From assembly GCA_030613025.1 (NCBI GenBank), contig JAUWMT010000001.1, positions 16,013 to 80,012 on the forward strand: a DNA stretch of 64,000 nt. Reading direction: 5' to 3'. This stretch comes from Candidatus Cloacimonadota bacterium. Lineage in GTDB: Bacteria > Cloacimonadota > Cloacimonadia > JGIOTU-2. A program made the translations under genes and the position numbers. The notes below the pieces were generated by a model, which worked only from the letters and a program-made list of their open reading frames with translations, ran no database searches and had not been told where the DNA came from. This document shows, piece after piece, positions 11,232 through 20,863 of the stretch (positions are counted from its first letter, which is position 1; each line of letters opens with the position of its first letter).

Positions 11232-13047
11232 GAGTCTTTAGTTTTATAAGAAGTGCAGACACATCGGCAAAAGTTACCCCTGGTATTCGTGCTGCCTGTC
11301 CCACAGAAAGTGGCTTGACTTTTGTGAGCTTTTCTCTTGCTTCATAGGAAATAGTTTCAAATTCCATATAGTTAAAATCTGCTGGAATTGATTTATTCTC
11401 CAGATAATTAAATCGTTCTATTTCCTGCTTCTGGCGTTTAATATAACCCTCGTATTTTACTTCGAGAGATATCTTATCCTTGATCAGATCAGTAACATCA
11501 TTTCCAATTTTGTATCCAAACTTAGTCAGATCATCATAAGCAATTTCCGGTCTTCGAAGAATATCTATCATTTTGTATGCTTTGTCCGAATCTGTTTTTG
11601 CATTGGTCTTTTGAAGTTTTATTATTTCTCTATTTTTAATATTTAATGCTTCAGTAAATTTATTATATCTTTCATCGGCAATTAAACCTAAATCGTGTCC
11701 CAAAGGCATTAGGCGTTCATCTGCATTATCCTGCCGCAGGTGAAGGCGATACTCCGCACGTGCCGTGAACATTCGATAGGGTTCATCTACTCCTTTTGTG
11801 ACGAGGTCATCTATCAGCACTCCAATATAGGAATTATCTCTATGCATAACGATCGGTTCTTTTTTCATCACATAATTCACAGCATTGATACCTGCGATTA
11901 TACCCTGTGCTGCAGCTTCTTCGTAACCGGAAGTGCCGTTTATCTGACCTGCAAAAAAAAGCCCTTTTATCAACCTTGTTTCCAGACTATATTGAATATA
12001 TTCAGTTGGAATACTGTCATACTCGATCGCATATCCATAACGCATTAATTTCGCATTTTCAAGACCTTCAACAGAATGGATCATATCCAGCTGAACTTGC
12101 GGAGGAAAGCTTGTAGGCAGCCCGTTAGCGTACATTTCAAAGGTATTAAGTCCTTCGGGTTCTATAAACACTTGATGCCTATCCTTCTCCGGAAATTTCT
12201 TTATTTTATCTTCGATCGAAGGACAATACCTCGCACCAATTCCTGTGATATTTCCGCTGAACAAAGATGATTTTGTAATATTATCTGCAATGATTTTGTG
12301 GGTTCGTTTATTTGTATAAGTGAGAAAGCAACTCACATAATTTTTGGGTTCAATGTCAGTATAATATGAAAATTTTGGTGGTGGTTCATCGGGTTTTTGT
12401 TCTTCCAGTTTTACATAATCAAGTGAGCGAGAATCAAGGCGCGCAGGAGTTCCTGTTTTGAATCTTACCAATGGAAAACCGTGAGCTTTCAAAGAATCTG
12501 AAAGTTTTAAAGAAGCAAATTCACCTGCTCTTCCGGCAGAATATTTATTCTTGCCGATATGTATCGTTCCATTAAGAAATGTACCCGCAGCAATAATGAC
12601 AGTTTTGCCAAAATAAGTCTGTCCATACTGTGTCTTAACGCCTTTTATCTGCCCTTTTTGAACCAGAAGTTCTTCGACAAGGGCTTCTTTTATTTCAAGA
12701 TTTTCCTGATGCTCTACGACAGAACGCATTTCCAACTGATATTTCATTCTATCTGCTTGTGCACGAGGTGCCCATACAGCGGGACCTTTGCTCTTATTGA
12801 GCATCCTAAAATGTATTCCCGTTCTATCTATGACCTGTCCAATTGCGCCACCAAGTGCATCAACTTCACGTGTAAGATGCCCTTTTGCCAGACCTCCCAC
12901 TGCCGGATTGCAAGACATGCGCCCTATCGTTTCAAGCTTGATCATGAACATGAGCGTATCAGCACCAATTTTTGCTGCAGCCAGTGCAGCTTCACATCCT
13001 GCATGACCTGCGCCGACAACGATAACGTCATAGATTTTGGAGTGCAT
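11218..13047 (-). CDS. mnmG: tRNA uridine-5-carboxymethylaminomethyl synthesis enzyme MnmG (GidA)
   Basis: Has the FAD-binding N-terminus YDVIVVGAGHAGCEAALAAA. The protein is 609 aa, with conserved GidA blocks throughout. Confidence 0.93.
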   Translation of the reverse strand: MHSKIYDVIVVGAGHAGCEAALAAAKIGADTLMFMIKLETIGRMSCNPAVGGLAKGHLTREVDALGGAIGQVIDRTGIHFRMLNKSKGPAVWAPRAQADRMKYQLEMRSVVEHQENLEIKEALVEELLVQKGQIKGVKTQYGQTYFGKTVIIAAGTFLNGTIHIGKNKYSAGRAGEFASLKLSDSLKAHGFPLVRFKTGTPARLDSRSLDYVKLEEQKPDEPPPKFSYYTDIEPKNYVSCFLTYTNKRTHKIIADNITKSSLFSGNITGIGARYCPSIEDKIKKFPEKDRHQVFIEPEGLNTFEMYANGLPTSFPPQVQLDMIHSVEGLENAKLMRYGYAIEYDSIPTEYIQYSLETRLIKGLFFAGQINGTSGYEEAAAQGIIAGINAVNYVMKKEPIVMHRDNSYIGVLIDDLVTKGVDEPYRMFTARAEYRLHLRQDNADERLMPLGHDLGLIADERYNKFTEALNIKNREIIKLQKTNAKTDSDKAYKMIDILRRPEIAYDDLTKFGYKIGNDVTDLIKDKISLEVKYEGYIKRQKQEIERFNYLENKSIPADFNYMEFETISYEAREKLTKVKPLSVGQAARIPGVTFADVSALLIKLKTLDAK

Positions 13048-13226
13048 TGCTAATTTACTTCCTAATTTTCTGTGTAACGGAGTTTTTCAGTGCCCTGATT
13101 TTCGTCAACTATTATGAACAATGATTTTTCTTTTTTTCTCATCGTCATTTATGAGTAAAAGTAAAAAACTTGACGCAACAAATATTTATTTTCCTAAGTT
13201 CATTTATTGAAATTTGGTAAAAAATT

Positions 13227-14438
13227 ATGCTCAAAAGAATAGACACAGCTCAATCGGACGCACTTCTCAAGATTATACGGACAATTAATTCCCATCTTAA
13301 TCTTGATAAAGTGTTGGAATCTGTCATGGACGTGACCACACAGGCAATGCATGTTGAAGCATCTTCGTTAGTTCTGATCGATGAGGAAACGAACGATCTT
13401 CTATTCCATGTGACAGAAGGCGAAAAAGCAAAGATCATCAAAAAAATACGGATGAAAGCAGGTGAAGGTATTGTCGGATGGGTTATAAAAGAAGAAAAAG
13501 CGGTGCTCGTTAATGACGTGTCTAAAGACAAGCGCTTCTATAAAGCTGCTGATAAGAAAAGTGGCTTTATAACAAAATCAATACTCTGCGTTCCTATGTG
13601 CACTGCCGATAAATGCCTTGGAGCGATCGAGGTTATCAATAAGATGGATGGCAAAGATTTTGATGATGCAGATAGAATTTTTCTTGAAGCGATCTCTTCA
13701 CAGGCAGCCATTGCCATAGAAAATGCGAAACTCCACGATCGCATTGTAAAAAATGAACGGCTTGCCGCCATCGGGCAAACAGTCTCAGGACTTGCACATT
13801 GTATAAAAAACATACTAAACGGAGTCCAGGGCGGGTCTTATATTCTTGATCTTGGACTAAAGAAGGAAAATTTATCAAATGTTGGTAAGGGCTGGGGTAT
13901 CGTAAAAAAGAATAATGAATTCATCAAGGAACTCGTGCTTGACATGCTATCATATTCCAAAGAGCGAGAACCCGAATATGGAACTGTTGATGTGAACGAA
14001 CTTGTTAAAAGCGTCTGCGAACTTATGGAGCAAAAAGGTAAAGAAAAAAATGTTTCAATGCAATTTTTGCCGGAAGAATCTCTCAATGAAGTTGAGATCG
14101 ATGCTAAGGGAGTGAAACGTTGTGTTCTGAATCTCATTTCCAATGCCATCGATGCGTGTGAAGAAGTGGATAAATGCAATGTCGAGGTCTCAGTACAAAA
14201 TACAAGAGGTAAGATCTTCCGAATTCACGTTGCCGATTCCGGGGTTGGTATGTCGCCGGAAACGCAGACAAAACTATTCCAGGTTTTTTTCAGCACAAAG
14301 GGCTCAAAAGGCACAGGGCTTGGGCTTGCAGTTTCCTATAAGATCATAAAAGAGCATGGGGGAAATATTTCTGTTGACTCAGAAAAGGGGAAAGGTACAA
14401 AATTTACTATTACATTGCCAAAGAAAAGGAAAAAATAA
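13227..14438 (+). CDS. Cytoplasmic sensor histidine kinase containing a GAF domain
   Basis: An N-terminal GAF domain is followed by the H-box region LAAIGQTVSGLAHCIKN and a HATPase_c domain with the G-box GVGMSPE and GTGLGLAVS. No transmembrane helix is present. Confidence 0.85.
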   Translation: MLKRIDTAQSDALLKIIRTINSHLNLDKVLESVMDVTTQAMHVEASSLVLIDEETNDLLFHVTEGEKAKIIKKIRMKAGEGIVGWVIKEEKAVLVNDVSKDKRFYKAADKKSGFITKSILCVPMCTADKCLGAIEVINKMDGKDFDDADRIFLEAISSQAAIAIENAKLHDRIVKNERLAAIGQTVSGLAHCIKNILNGVQGGSYILDLGLKKENLSNVGKGWGIVKKNNEFIKELVLDMLSYSKEREPEYGTVDVNELVKSVCELMEQKGKEKNVSMQFLPEESLNEVEIDAKGVKRCVLNLISNAIDACEEVDKCNVEVSVQNTRGKIFRIHVADSGVGMSPETQTKLFQVFFSTKGSKGTGLGLAVSYKIIKEHGGNISVDSEKGKGTKFTITLPKKRKK

Positions 14439-14457
14439 ATAACGCCGGAGGTAAACA

Positions 14458-14856
14458 ATGGCAGATAATAAAAAGATACTTATAATTGATGACGAGCCGG
14501 ACGCAATTGCATTTTCAGAAGCAATGCTTTCTGAGCTTGGAGAATTTGAAATCGAGACTGCTATTAATGGTCTCGAAGGATTGCAGAAAGCCGAAGCGGT
14601 CAAGCCCGACCTGATCATTTTAGATGTGCAGATGCCTGTCATGAATGGTTTTCAAGTTTTTAAGGAACTTAAAAAAAATGATGTAACTGACACTATTCCC
14701 GTTATCATGCTTACCGGCATGGCAGCGACTACCGGACTTCGATATGATGCAAAAGACATGGGCATAACCCTTGGCTCCGAGCCCGAAGCTTATATCGATA
14801 AACCAGTTGAGCCAGAAGAGTTTCATAAAACCGTGAGCTCTATTCTCGGATTGTAA
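14458..14856 (+). CDS. Stand-alone response-regulator receiver (CheY-like)
   Basis: A 132-aa protein with the acidic pocket IIDDEPD, the phospho-acceptor aspartate in LIILDVQMP, and the motif YIDKP. Confidence 0.85.
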   Translation: MADNKKILIIDDEPDAIAFSEAMLSELGEFEIETAINGLEGLQKAEAVKPDLIILDVQMPVMNGFQVFKELKKNDVTDTIPVIMLTGMAATTGLRYDAKDMGITLGSEPEAYIDKPVEPEEFHKTVSSILGL

Positions 14857-14920
14857 TTAATTCATTGCTCATTTTATAATAAAAATCTTTGTATAAGCAT
14901 AAGAACTTTCTCATAATTTA

Positions 14921-17023
14921 ATGAAAAAGAAAAAACGAGGACTACAAAAGCAAATTTTAGCTCTCTATTTTTTGTTCACCTTTTCCCTTGTATTCATTCT
15001 GATCTTCAGCGTCTGGCAGCTTACCAAACTCGGTATTTCAGAATTTGAATATGAGAGAATTTCCCGCACGCTTACAAATCTAAAAACACTTCAGCTCGAT
15101 TATACAAACATGCTGAATAATTTTACCTCTGAAATCGCAACTACCCCTGATCTTATTACTTCAGCAGAAAATCAAGATGCTGTATCTATTCAATCAATAC
15201 TTAATTCCTATGATGATCATCCTCTCGCTAGCTACATGGCTCTCTTTGATGCAAATGGCACTATGCTTTATGGTGAATATTGGGAGCTTGTTGAATCTTT
15301 TCTGCCGGAAATGCTCTCTTTAGCAAAACAGAATACAACACAAGGTTTTTCTGCAAATTTTTCTAATAAGATATTCTATTTTGCCTACGCTCCGCTTTAT
15401 TCTGAAAACGATCAAGAGAAAACATTTTTAGGACTTTTTCTCAACGTAAGCCAGATCACTCCTTCTGAAATTGGAGCAGCTCGGGATCCTCAAATTTTTC
15501 TTTTGCCTTTTTCAGTGCCTCTCAATCCGGAGCAGGAGATCCTCAAGAAAATCATTCCCGAACTCGATAAAAAACTTCCCGCTGTATTAAAAACTAAAAA
15601 CCGTGAATCTGTTTTACGCTTAAATGCAGAAACTGCTGTTGGTCTTCTTATTAATTATAACATATTCGATGAGCCCGCTTCACTCACAGTGTATATTTAC
15701 GATCGAGAATTCAATAAATTCTCTCGCCAAAGCTTGCTCTTCTTTTTCCTTATTCTCCTAGCATCTACACTTGTTATCGTGAGTTTCCTTAGCAACTGGT
15801 TCAGTAGAAAAATAATGCGGCCAATAAAACAGATAAGTGAAAAAATGCAGAGGATTGAGAAAAACCCACTTGGTATTGAATATATTGAGGATGAATATGG
15901 CGGTGAGCTGAGCAATATGGTTTCTGCATTCAGCTCTATGAACAAAGCTCTTGTTGAATATCATAAATCTCTTCTGGAGTACAAAGTCCTTACTGATAAT
16001 ATTGATATTGGTGTACTGTGGATGGACTCAAAAATGAATATCCTTATTTGCAATCCAAGTGCAATGGACATTCTTGAACTCATATCCAATGATGAGATCA
16101 TCGGCAAGAATCTATCCGAATTTATCCGGTTAGATGAGGGTCTATTATCGATGGCTCATGAAGACAGCTTGACTCTTCCTCGACTCGAAATTAACTTTCC
16201 GGGGAAAAAGAAGTTCGTAAAATTCGTTATCCTGAATATTAAAGCTGTTGATGACACTATCGGCTTACGCATGGTTGCAACCATAACCGACATAACACAT
16301 GAAATAAATGAAAAAAGAGCCCGTGAAGCGCTTGAGATGGAAATCATAAAGAGTAACAAATTAGCTGAAATCGGAAGAAGGGTCGAGGGTGTGGTGCACA
16401 ATATGAACTCACCACTTAATTCAATTCTTGGGTATGCCCAGCTTGTAAAAAAAGAATATAAATACAATGACGATGTTGATAAGATAATTGATGCTGCAAA
16501 AAATATTTCACAATCCGTAAAAACTCTGTTACGAAAAGTGCAGCAGGACAATATTTCTATGATGCGCCCCATTGACATCAATCAGCTTATCGGGCAGGAA
16601 CTCGAGCTGTTGGAGCACAATCTTTTCTTTAAGCATTATGTTTTGTTAGAAAAAAATCTTTTTAAAGAACTCCCAACTGTGAAAGCGGTATATAGCGACA
16701 TTAGCCAGAGTTTTACTAACCTTGTAAATAATGCCATCGAGGCGATGCATGACAGCAAAGAACGAAATATCTGGGTACGTACATATCAAACTTCGGACTT
16801 TATCGCAATAGAAGTGCGCGATAGTGGAGAAGGTATTGAAGAGAAATATCAATCTAAGATATTTGAACCTTATTTTACATCGAAAAAGGGAAAAGAACAG
16901 GGCGGCTTTGGCCTTGGTCTTGCGATCTGTAAGAACATTGTCGAGCGTTATGGTGGTTATATTACCGTGCGCTCAGAACCGGATAAAGGAAGTACTTTTA
17001 CAATATTTCTTCCCTATGAATAA
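14921..17023 (+). CDS. Membrane sensor histidine kinase with a large extracytoplasmic domain and a PAS domain
   Basis: Two transmembrane helices flank a periplasmic domain of about 250 aa. This is followed by a PAS domain, the H-box VHNMNSPLNSILGYAQL, and a HATPase_c domain with the N and G boxes. Confidence 0.85.
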   Translation: MKKKKRGLQKQILALYFLFTFSLVFILIFSVWQLTKLGISEFEYERISRTLTNLKTLQLDYTNMLNNFTSEIATTPDLITSAENQDAVSIQSILNSYDDHPLASYMALFDANGTMLYGEYWELVESFLPEMLSLAKQNTTQGFSANFSNKIFYFAYAPLYSENDQEKTFLGLFLNVSQITPSEIGAARDPQIFLLPFSVPLNPEQEILKKIIPELDKKLPAVLKTKNRESVLRLNAETAVGLLINYNIFDEPASLTVYIYDREFNKFSRQSLLFFFLILLASTLVIVSFLSNWFSRKIMRPIKQISEKMQRIEKNPLGIEYIEDEYGGELSNMVSAFSSMNKALVEYHKSLLEYKVLTDNIDIGVLWMDSKMNILICNPSAMDILELISNDEIIGKNLSEFIRLDEGLLSMAHEDSLTLPRLEINFPGKKKFVKFVILNIKAVDDTIGLRMVATITDITHEINEKRAREALEMEIIKSNKLAEIGRRVEGVVHNMNSPLNSILGYAQLVKKEYKYNDDVDKIIDAAKNISQSVKTLLRKVQQDNISMMRPIDINQLIGQELELLEHNLFFKHYVLLEKNLFKELPTVKAVYSDISQSFTNLVNNAIEAMHDSKERNIWVRTYQTSDFIAIEVRDSGEGIEEKYQSKIFEPYFTSKKGKEQGGFGLGLAICKNIVERYGGYITVRSEPDKGSTFTIFLPYE

Positions 17024-17038
17024 AAGTGAAATTTAACT

Positions 17039-18463
17039 ATGAAAAATGATGAGATCCAGACAGAATTCTTCAAACAAAATGCCAAAATCCTCATAGTAGA
17101 TGACGAACAGGATACATTGGATATTTTCCGCCGTCACCTCGAAGATGAATATCATATCGACACAGCTCATTCTGCTGAAGAAGCACTTGAAAAGTTAGAG
17201 AACAACACCTATCATATTGCAATGACGGATATGGTTATGCCGGGAACAGACGGTATCGAGCTTCTGACACAGATAAAGAAACGCTTGCCCCATGTTGCCG
17301 TTGTTATGATAAGCGGAAAAGCTACCATCGGAATGGCTGTTGAAGCTATGAAAATCGGCGCTGAAGAATTTATAGAAAAACCGGTTGAAGATCTCGATCT
17401 GCTGAAGATCATCATAAAAAAAATCCTCAAAACCAAGTGGCAGCATGAGGAAATTAAGCGCCTTAGAAGTATTCTAGCTCAGGAATTTGACCGCACCCAG
17501 ATTATTGGCAACAGTCTTGCAATTCAAAAAGTCATGGAAAAAGTGAAGCGCATCGCCCATCTTGACACGACTATTCTTGTTACCGGTGAAACGGGAGTGG
17601 GCAAAGATCTTTTTGCCGATCTTATCTATCTTAATAGTAAAAGAAAAGCGCAAAAATTTGTAACAGTTAACTGTGGCGGATTACCAGAAAATCTTCTTGA
17701 AAGTATGCTTTTTGGTCATAAAAAGGGCTCGTTCACTGACGCTATAAGAGATAAAGTCGGCTATTTCCAGGAAGCAGACGGGGGTACGCTTTTCCTTGAT
17801 GAAATAACAGAAACCAACAAGACTTTTCAGGTAAAACTTCTGCGCGTTCTTGAGAAAGGTGTGGTCAGACCGGTCGGTGCTGATATGGATATTGAAGTTA
17901 ATGTGCGCATTATCACCTCAACAAATAAGGACATTGAAAAGGAAGTAAAAGATGGCAATTTCCGTCAGGATCTTTACTACCGCCTTAATGTCATTCATCT
18001 TCACATCCCACCTCTTCGCGAAAGAAGAGAGGATATTCCGCTTCTTACCAATGCATTTTTACGAGAGTTTAGAAAGAAATATGACAAATCAAACCTTGAA
18101 ATCTCTGATACTGTTATGTCCGTCCTTATCTCCCGGGAATGGGAAGGAAATATTCGTGAACTGAAAAATACAATCGAGCATGCGGTTGCAATGGCAACTC
18201 ATAATAAAATTGTGCTGGAAGATCTTCCGGGCAATATATATATGAAGCTTGGAGCTGTTGAGAATAAATTAAACAACCTGGTGAACTTATCTTTTTCTGA
18301 AGCGAAGGATACTTTTGAAAAGAATTATGTTGAAGAAATTCTGATAAAATGTAATGGTGATGTGACAAAAGCATCAGAACTTTCCGGTATTAAGCGTCCA
18401 AATCTCTACGAAAAATTTAACAAGCACAATATTGACGTGAACAAGTATAGAAATAATTCGTAA
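17039..18463 (+). CDS. Sigma-54-dependent response regulator (NtrC/PilR-type bacterial enhancer-binding protein)
   Basis: An N-terminal receiver domain (LIVDDEQD, with Asp in AMTDMVMPG) is followed by an AAA+ sigma-54 interaction domain with the Walker A motif GETGVGKD, the GAFTGA-like motif GHKKGSFTDA, and ESELFGHEKG-like residues. A C-terminal HTH is present. Confidence 0.9.
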   Translation: MKNDEIQTEFFKQNAKILIVDDEQDTLDIFRRHLEDEYHIDTAHSAEEALEKLENNTYHIAMTDMVMPGTDGIELLTQIKKRLPHVAVVMISGKATIGMAVEAMKIGAEEFIEKPVEDLDLLKIIIKKILKTKWQHEEIKRLRSILAQEFDRTQIIGNSLAIQKVMEKVKRIAHLDTTILVTGETGVGKDLFADLIYLNSKRKAQKFVTVNCGGLPENLLESMLFGHKKGSFTDAIRDKVGYFQEADGGTLFLDEITETNKTFQVKLLRVLEKGVVRPVGADMDIEVNVRIITSTNKDIEKEVKDGNFRQDLYYRLNVIHLHIPPLRERREDIPLLTNAFLREFRKKYDKSNLEISDTVMSVLISREWEGNIRELKNTIEHAVAMATHNKIVLEDLPGNIYMKLGAVENKLNNLVNLSFSEAKDTFEKNYVEEILIKCNGDVTKASELSGIKRPNLYEKFNKHNIDVNKYRNNS

Positions 18464-18550
18464 TCTCTTTTCCTCATGATAAAAAAGTACATCGGATACC
18501 AATAGAGCAAATGCCTGCATCCGTTCGAATAAAGCGTAACTGCGTTATGT

Positions 18551-18600
18551 TTTTATTACACCCTGTGGGTTTGTGTTATTTTTTTATTACACTCCGTGTT
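18551..18600 (+). promoter_or_regulatory. Tandem direct repeat (TTTTTATTACAC-YC-YGTG, two copies about 32 bp apart). This is a candidate upstream activator (enhancer) site for the adjacent enhancer-binding protein.
   Basis: The first copy TTTTATTACACCCTGTG lies at about 18551-18568 and the second copy TTTTTATTACACTCCGTG at about 18583-18600. They sit roughly 100-150 bp upstream of a -24/-12-like element. Confidence 0.4.
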
Positions 18601-18701
18601 GATTTCTCTAAATCCCTTATTCGTTAAATAATATAAAAATAAGCACAAAAATAGCGATAATTCTGATCATTACGAATATTTAAACAAATCATTTCAGTCT
18701 T

Positions 18702-18717
18702 TGGCACGATATTTGTA
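18702..18717 (+). promoter_or_regulatory. Candidate sigma-54 (-24/-12) promoter for the pilin-like gene
   Basis: The element reads TGGCAC-gatat-TTGT. It matches TGGCAC-N5-TTGC at the -24 GG and the correct spacing, but the -12 GC is replaced by GT. It lies about 70 nt upstream of the ATG at 18789. Confidence 0.4.
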
Positions 18718-18788
18718 TGTTAAATTGTAAATAGTTTCATAGACGTGAAATTCTTGTCTAGCGAAAATAATAAAACAAGGAGGTTCCC

Positions 18789-19190
18789 ATGGGAACTCAA
18801 CAAATTCTGCTCATTGTTTTGAGCGTAATTATCGTAGGTATCGCTGTGGCTGTTGGTATTACAATGTTTAATGCCCAGTCAGTGAATTCAAACCGCAATG
18901 CATGTATTGCTGACATGAACAACTTCGCTGCCAGTGCTCTTGCATTTTACAAAACCCCCACAAGTCATGGTGGTGCAGGTTCAACAATAGGAAATGTTGT
19001 GGATTCTACAGTTTGCAACTATATTGGTGTAGGTTATACTGCCCCTAATCAACTCAGTACTGATAATGGTACATACACTATTACATTGGCTGGCACCGTC
19101 CTTACTTTTACAGCTGCTGGAACTGAATCAGGTGTAACCCCTGTAACTACTGTTGATTTTAGTTCTAGTGCCATTGCAACTACACCATAA
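18789..19190 (+). CDS. Small pilin-like protein with an N-terminal hydrophobic helix. It is a putative major subunit of the downstream type IV filament system and has no canonical prepilin leader.
   Basis: The 133-aa protein starts MGTQQILLIVLSVIIVGIAVAVGITMF and continues into a Gly/Thr-rich, probably beta-stranded, C-terminus that contains 2 Cys. A strong ribosome-binding site AGGAGG precedes it. It is followed by an intrinsic terminator and sits directly upstream of pilC- and pilB-like genes. Confidence 0.5.
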   Translation: MGTQQILLIVLSVIIVGIAVAVGITMFNAQSVNSNRNACIADMNNFAASALAFYKTPTSHGGAGSTIGNVVDSTVCNYIGVGYTAPNQLSTDNGTYTITLAGTVLTFTAAGTESGVTPVTTVDFSSSAIATTP

Positions 19191-19224
19191 TAATTGCGTA
19201 CTACCTAAGTAATTTAAAAGGCAA

Positions 19225-19254
19225 ATATGGGAGGTTCGCACCTCCCATATTTTT
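19225..19254 (+). terminator. Rho-independent terminator
   Basis: A perfect 11-bp stem ATATGGGAGGT / ACCTCCCATAT with a 4-nt loop is followed by TTTTT. Confidence 0.8.
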
Positions 19255-19414
19255 CACCTTTTTTTCACCTAAAAGTCCACTGAACAAATATGAACCGGTG
19301 ATAAGTCAATTGTGAAATGACGTAAATTGTTTGAAACCTCATCCTAACCTTCTCCCAGTGAGGAGAAGGCAATATAAGGAATGTCAAAATTCAATTATCA
19401 CTTCCAATCTAAGC

Positions 19415-19446
19415 TTGACTTGACATTAGTATAGTTTTCATAGAAT
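19415..19446 (+). promoter_or_regulatory. Possible sigma-70-type promoter for the pilC-like gene
   Basis: An overlapping TTGACT/TTGACA lies at 19415-19425 and a TAGAAT at 19441-19446. The spacer is 15 nt, which is suboptimal. Confidence 0.25.
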
Positions 19447-19493
19447 AGATTAAGGAATTTTTGATAATCAATATTATTAGAAGTAAATAAAAA

Positions 19494-20846
19494 ATGCTCA
19501 AAGAATTTCGCTATACCGGAAACAATTCAGCCGGTAAACCCGTGCAAGGCGTTGTTCTTGCCAGTAACAAATCAAGCGCAAAAAAACTAATCCACGACAT
19601 AGAAAGCAAAGAAAGTATTTCTGTTAATAAAATTGATCAAAAGATTAATTTCAGATATAAAATAAAGCTGCCAAGCGGCAAAAAGGTAAAGGGAAAGCAA
19701 GCGGCTTTTTCCAAGCAGGAACTTTCACGGGCACTCTCCAATTTCGGATATGCCAATGCAAAGATCGAACCGGTCCTTTTTGATTTTCAATCGAAACCCT
19801 CATTTGCAAATATCCTGATGTTTGTGAACCTCAGTTCGTTTCTGCTTAAAGAAAAAATGACTTATGATAAGATCCTTCGTATGCTTGCAGATGAAGAGAC
19901 AAATCCAACGCTGAAAGCCACATTAAAGAAGATCGAAAGCGAACTCAAGAAAGGGAAGGAAGGAACAGAAGTTTTCAACCGATATGCAGATGTGTTCGGC
20001 AAGTTTCCTGCTTATATGCTTGGTCTTGCTACTAAAAGTGGAAATATGGCAGAAGTGTATGATGCTACATCCAAGTTTATGGAAAGGGATATGGAGTATA
20101 AGAAAAGTCTGCGTCAGGCACTGATGACGCCCATGTTCACAGTTATTGCGATGATAGCAGCAGTACTATACTATATTATTTCAATCTTCCCCAGCACTGC
20201 AGAACTTTTTATTAAATCCGGAATTGAGGTGCCCCCGCTGACTGCTGCAACCTTGCGGCTGAGTGATTTTTTTGGCGCTAACTGGTGGTGGATGGCGTTG
20301 ATGATCATAATACCAATTATTATTGTATTACTATGGTGGCGCACACCTGATGGGCGGGTTTGGCGTGATAGGATGATCATCAAACTGCCGATCATAGGAA
20401 AGCTTCTTCATAAATCAAGTATTGAAATTTTCTGCCGTGTTTTTGCGGCTATTTATTCCGGCTCCGAAAATAATATCGAGACTATCCAAGCTGCTGCAGA
20501 GGCATGCAGAAATGCACACATGGAAAAAAATATCAAAGAAATAACTATTCCCCTGATGTTGAAAGAAGGTATGTCCCTCGTGCCTGCGCTTGCTGCAGCA
20601 AAGGTGTTTAATCAGACAACTTTAAGCAGATTTAAAGCAGGTTCTGAAACCGGTAATGTACTCACTTCAGCTCAGCAAATCGCAAAATTTTATGAAAAAG
20701 AAACAACTTATAAAATGCAGAATTTAATTGCATCTATCCAAACACTCATTGGGGCATTTATAGGTATTGTCATAACTGCATTAACCATTGTTTCTGCGGA
20801 AGTCGCAACGGTTTCACCCAAAACACCCGGTATGCATGGTATCTAA
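19494..20846 (+). CDS. pilC: Type IV pilus / T2SS platform protein (PilC/GspF family)
   Basis: The N-terminal region FRYTGNNSAGKPVQGVVLASN is typical of PilC. Two T2SSF repeats are present, one around LLKEKMTYDKILRML and one around IFCRVFAAIYSGSENNIETI. There are three transmembrane helices and the protein is 450 aa. Confidence 0.8.
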   Translation: MLKEFRYTGNNSAGKPVQGVVLASNKSSAKKLIHDIESKESISVNKIDQKINFRYKIKLPSGKKVKGKQAAFSKQELSRALSNFGYANAKIEPVLFDFQSKPSFANILMFVNLSSFLLKEKMTYDKILRMLADEETNPTLKATLKKIESELKKGKEGTEVFNRYADVFGKFPAYMLGLATKSGNMAEVYDATSKFMERDMEYKKSLRQALMTPMFTVIAMIAAVLYYIISIFPSTAELFIKSGIEVPPLTAATLRLSDFFGANWWWMALMIIIPIIIVLLWWRTPDGRVWRDRMIIKLPIIGKLLHKSSIEIFCRVFAAIYSGSENNIETIQAAAEACRNAHMEKNIKEITIPLMLKEGMSLVPALAAAKVFNQTTLSRFKAGSETGNVLTSAQQIAKFYEKETTYKMQNLIASIQTLIGAFIGIVITALTIVSAEVATVSPKTPGMHGI

Positions 20847-20863
20847 GTAATCAAGGAAAATAT

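Noticed and set aside
18551-18600. Considered as a possible CRISPR-like or mobile-element repeat
   Set aside because: There are only two copies, no cas genes, no spacer array and no terminal inverted repeats. A regulatory direct repeat is more parsimonious.
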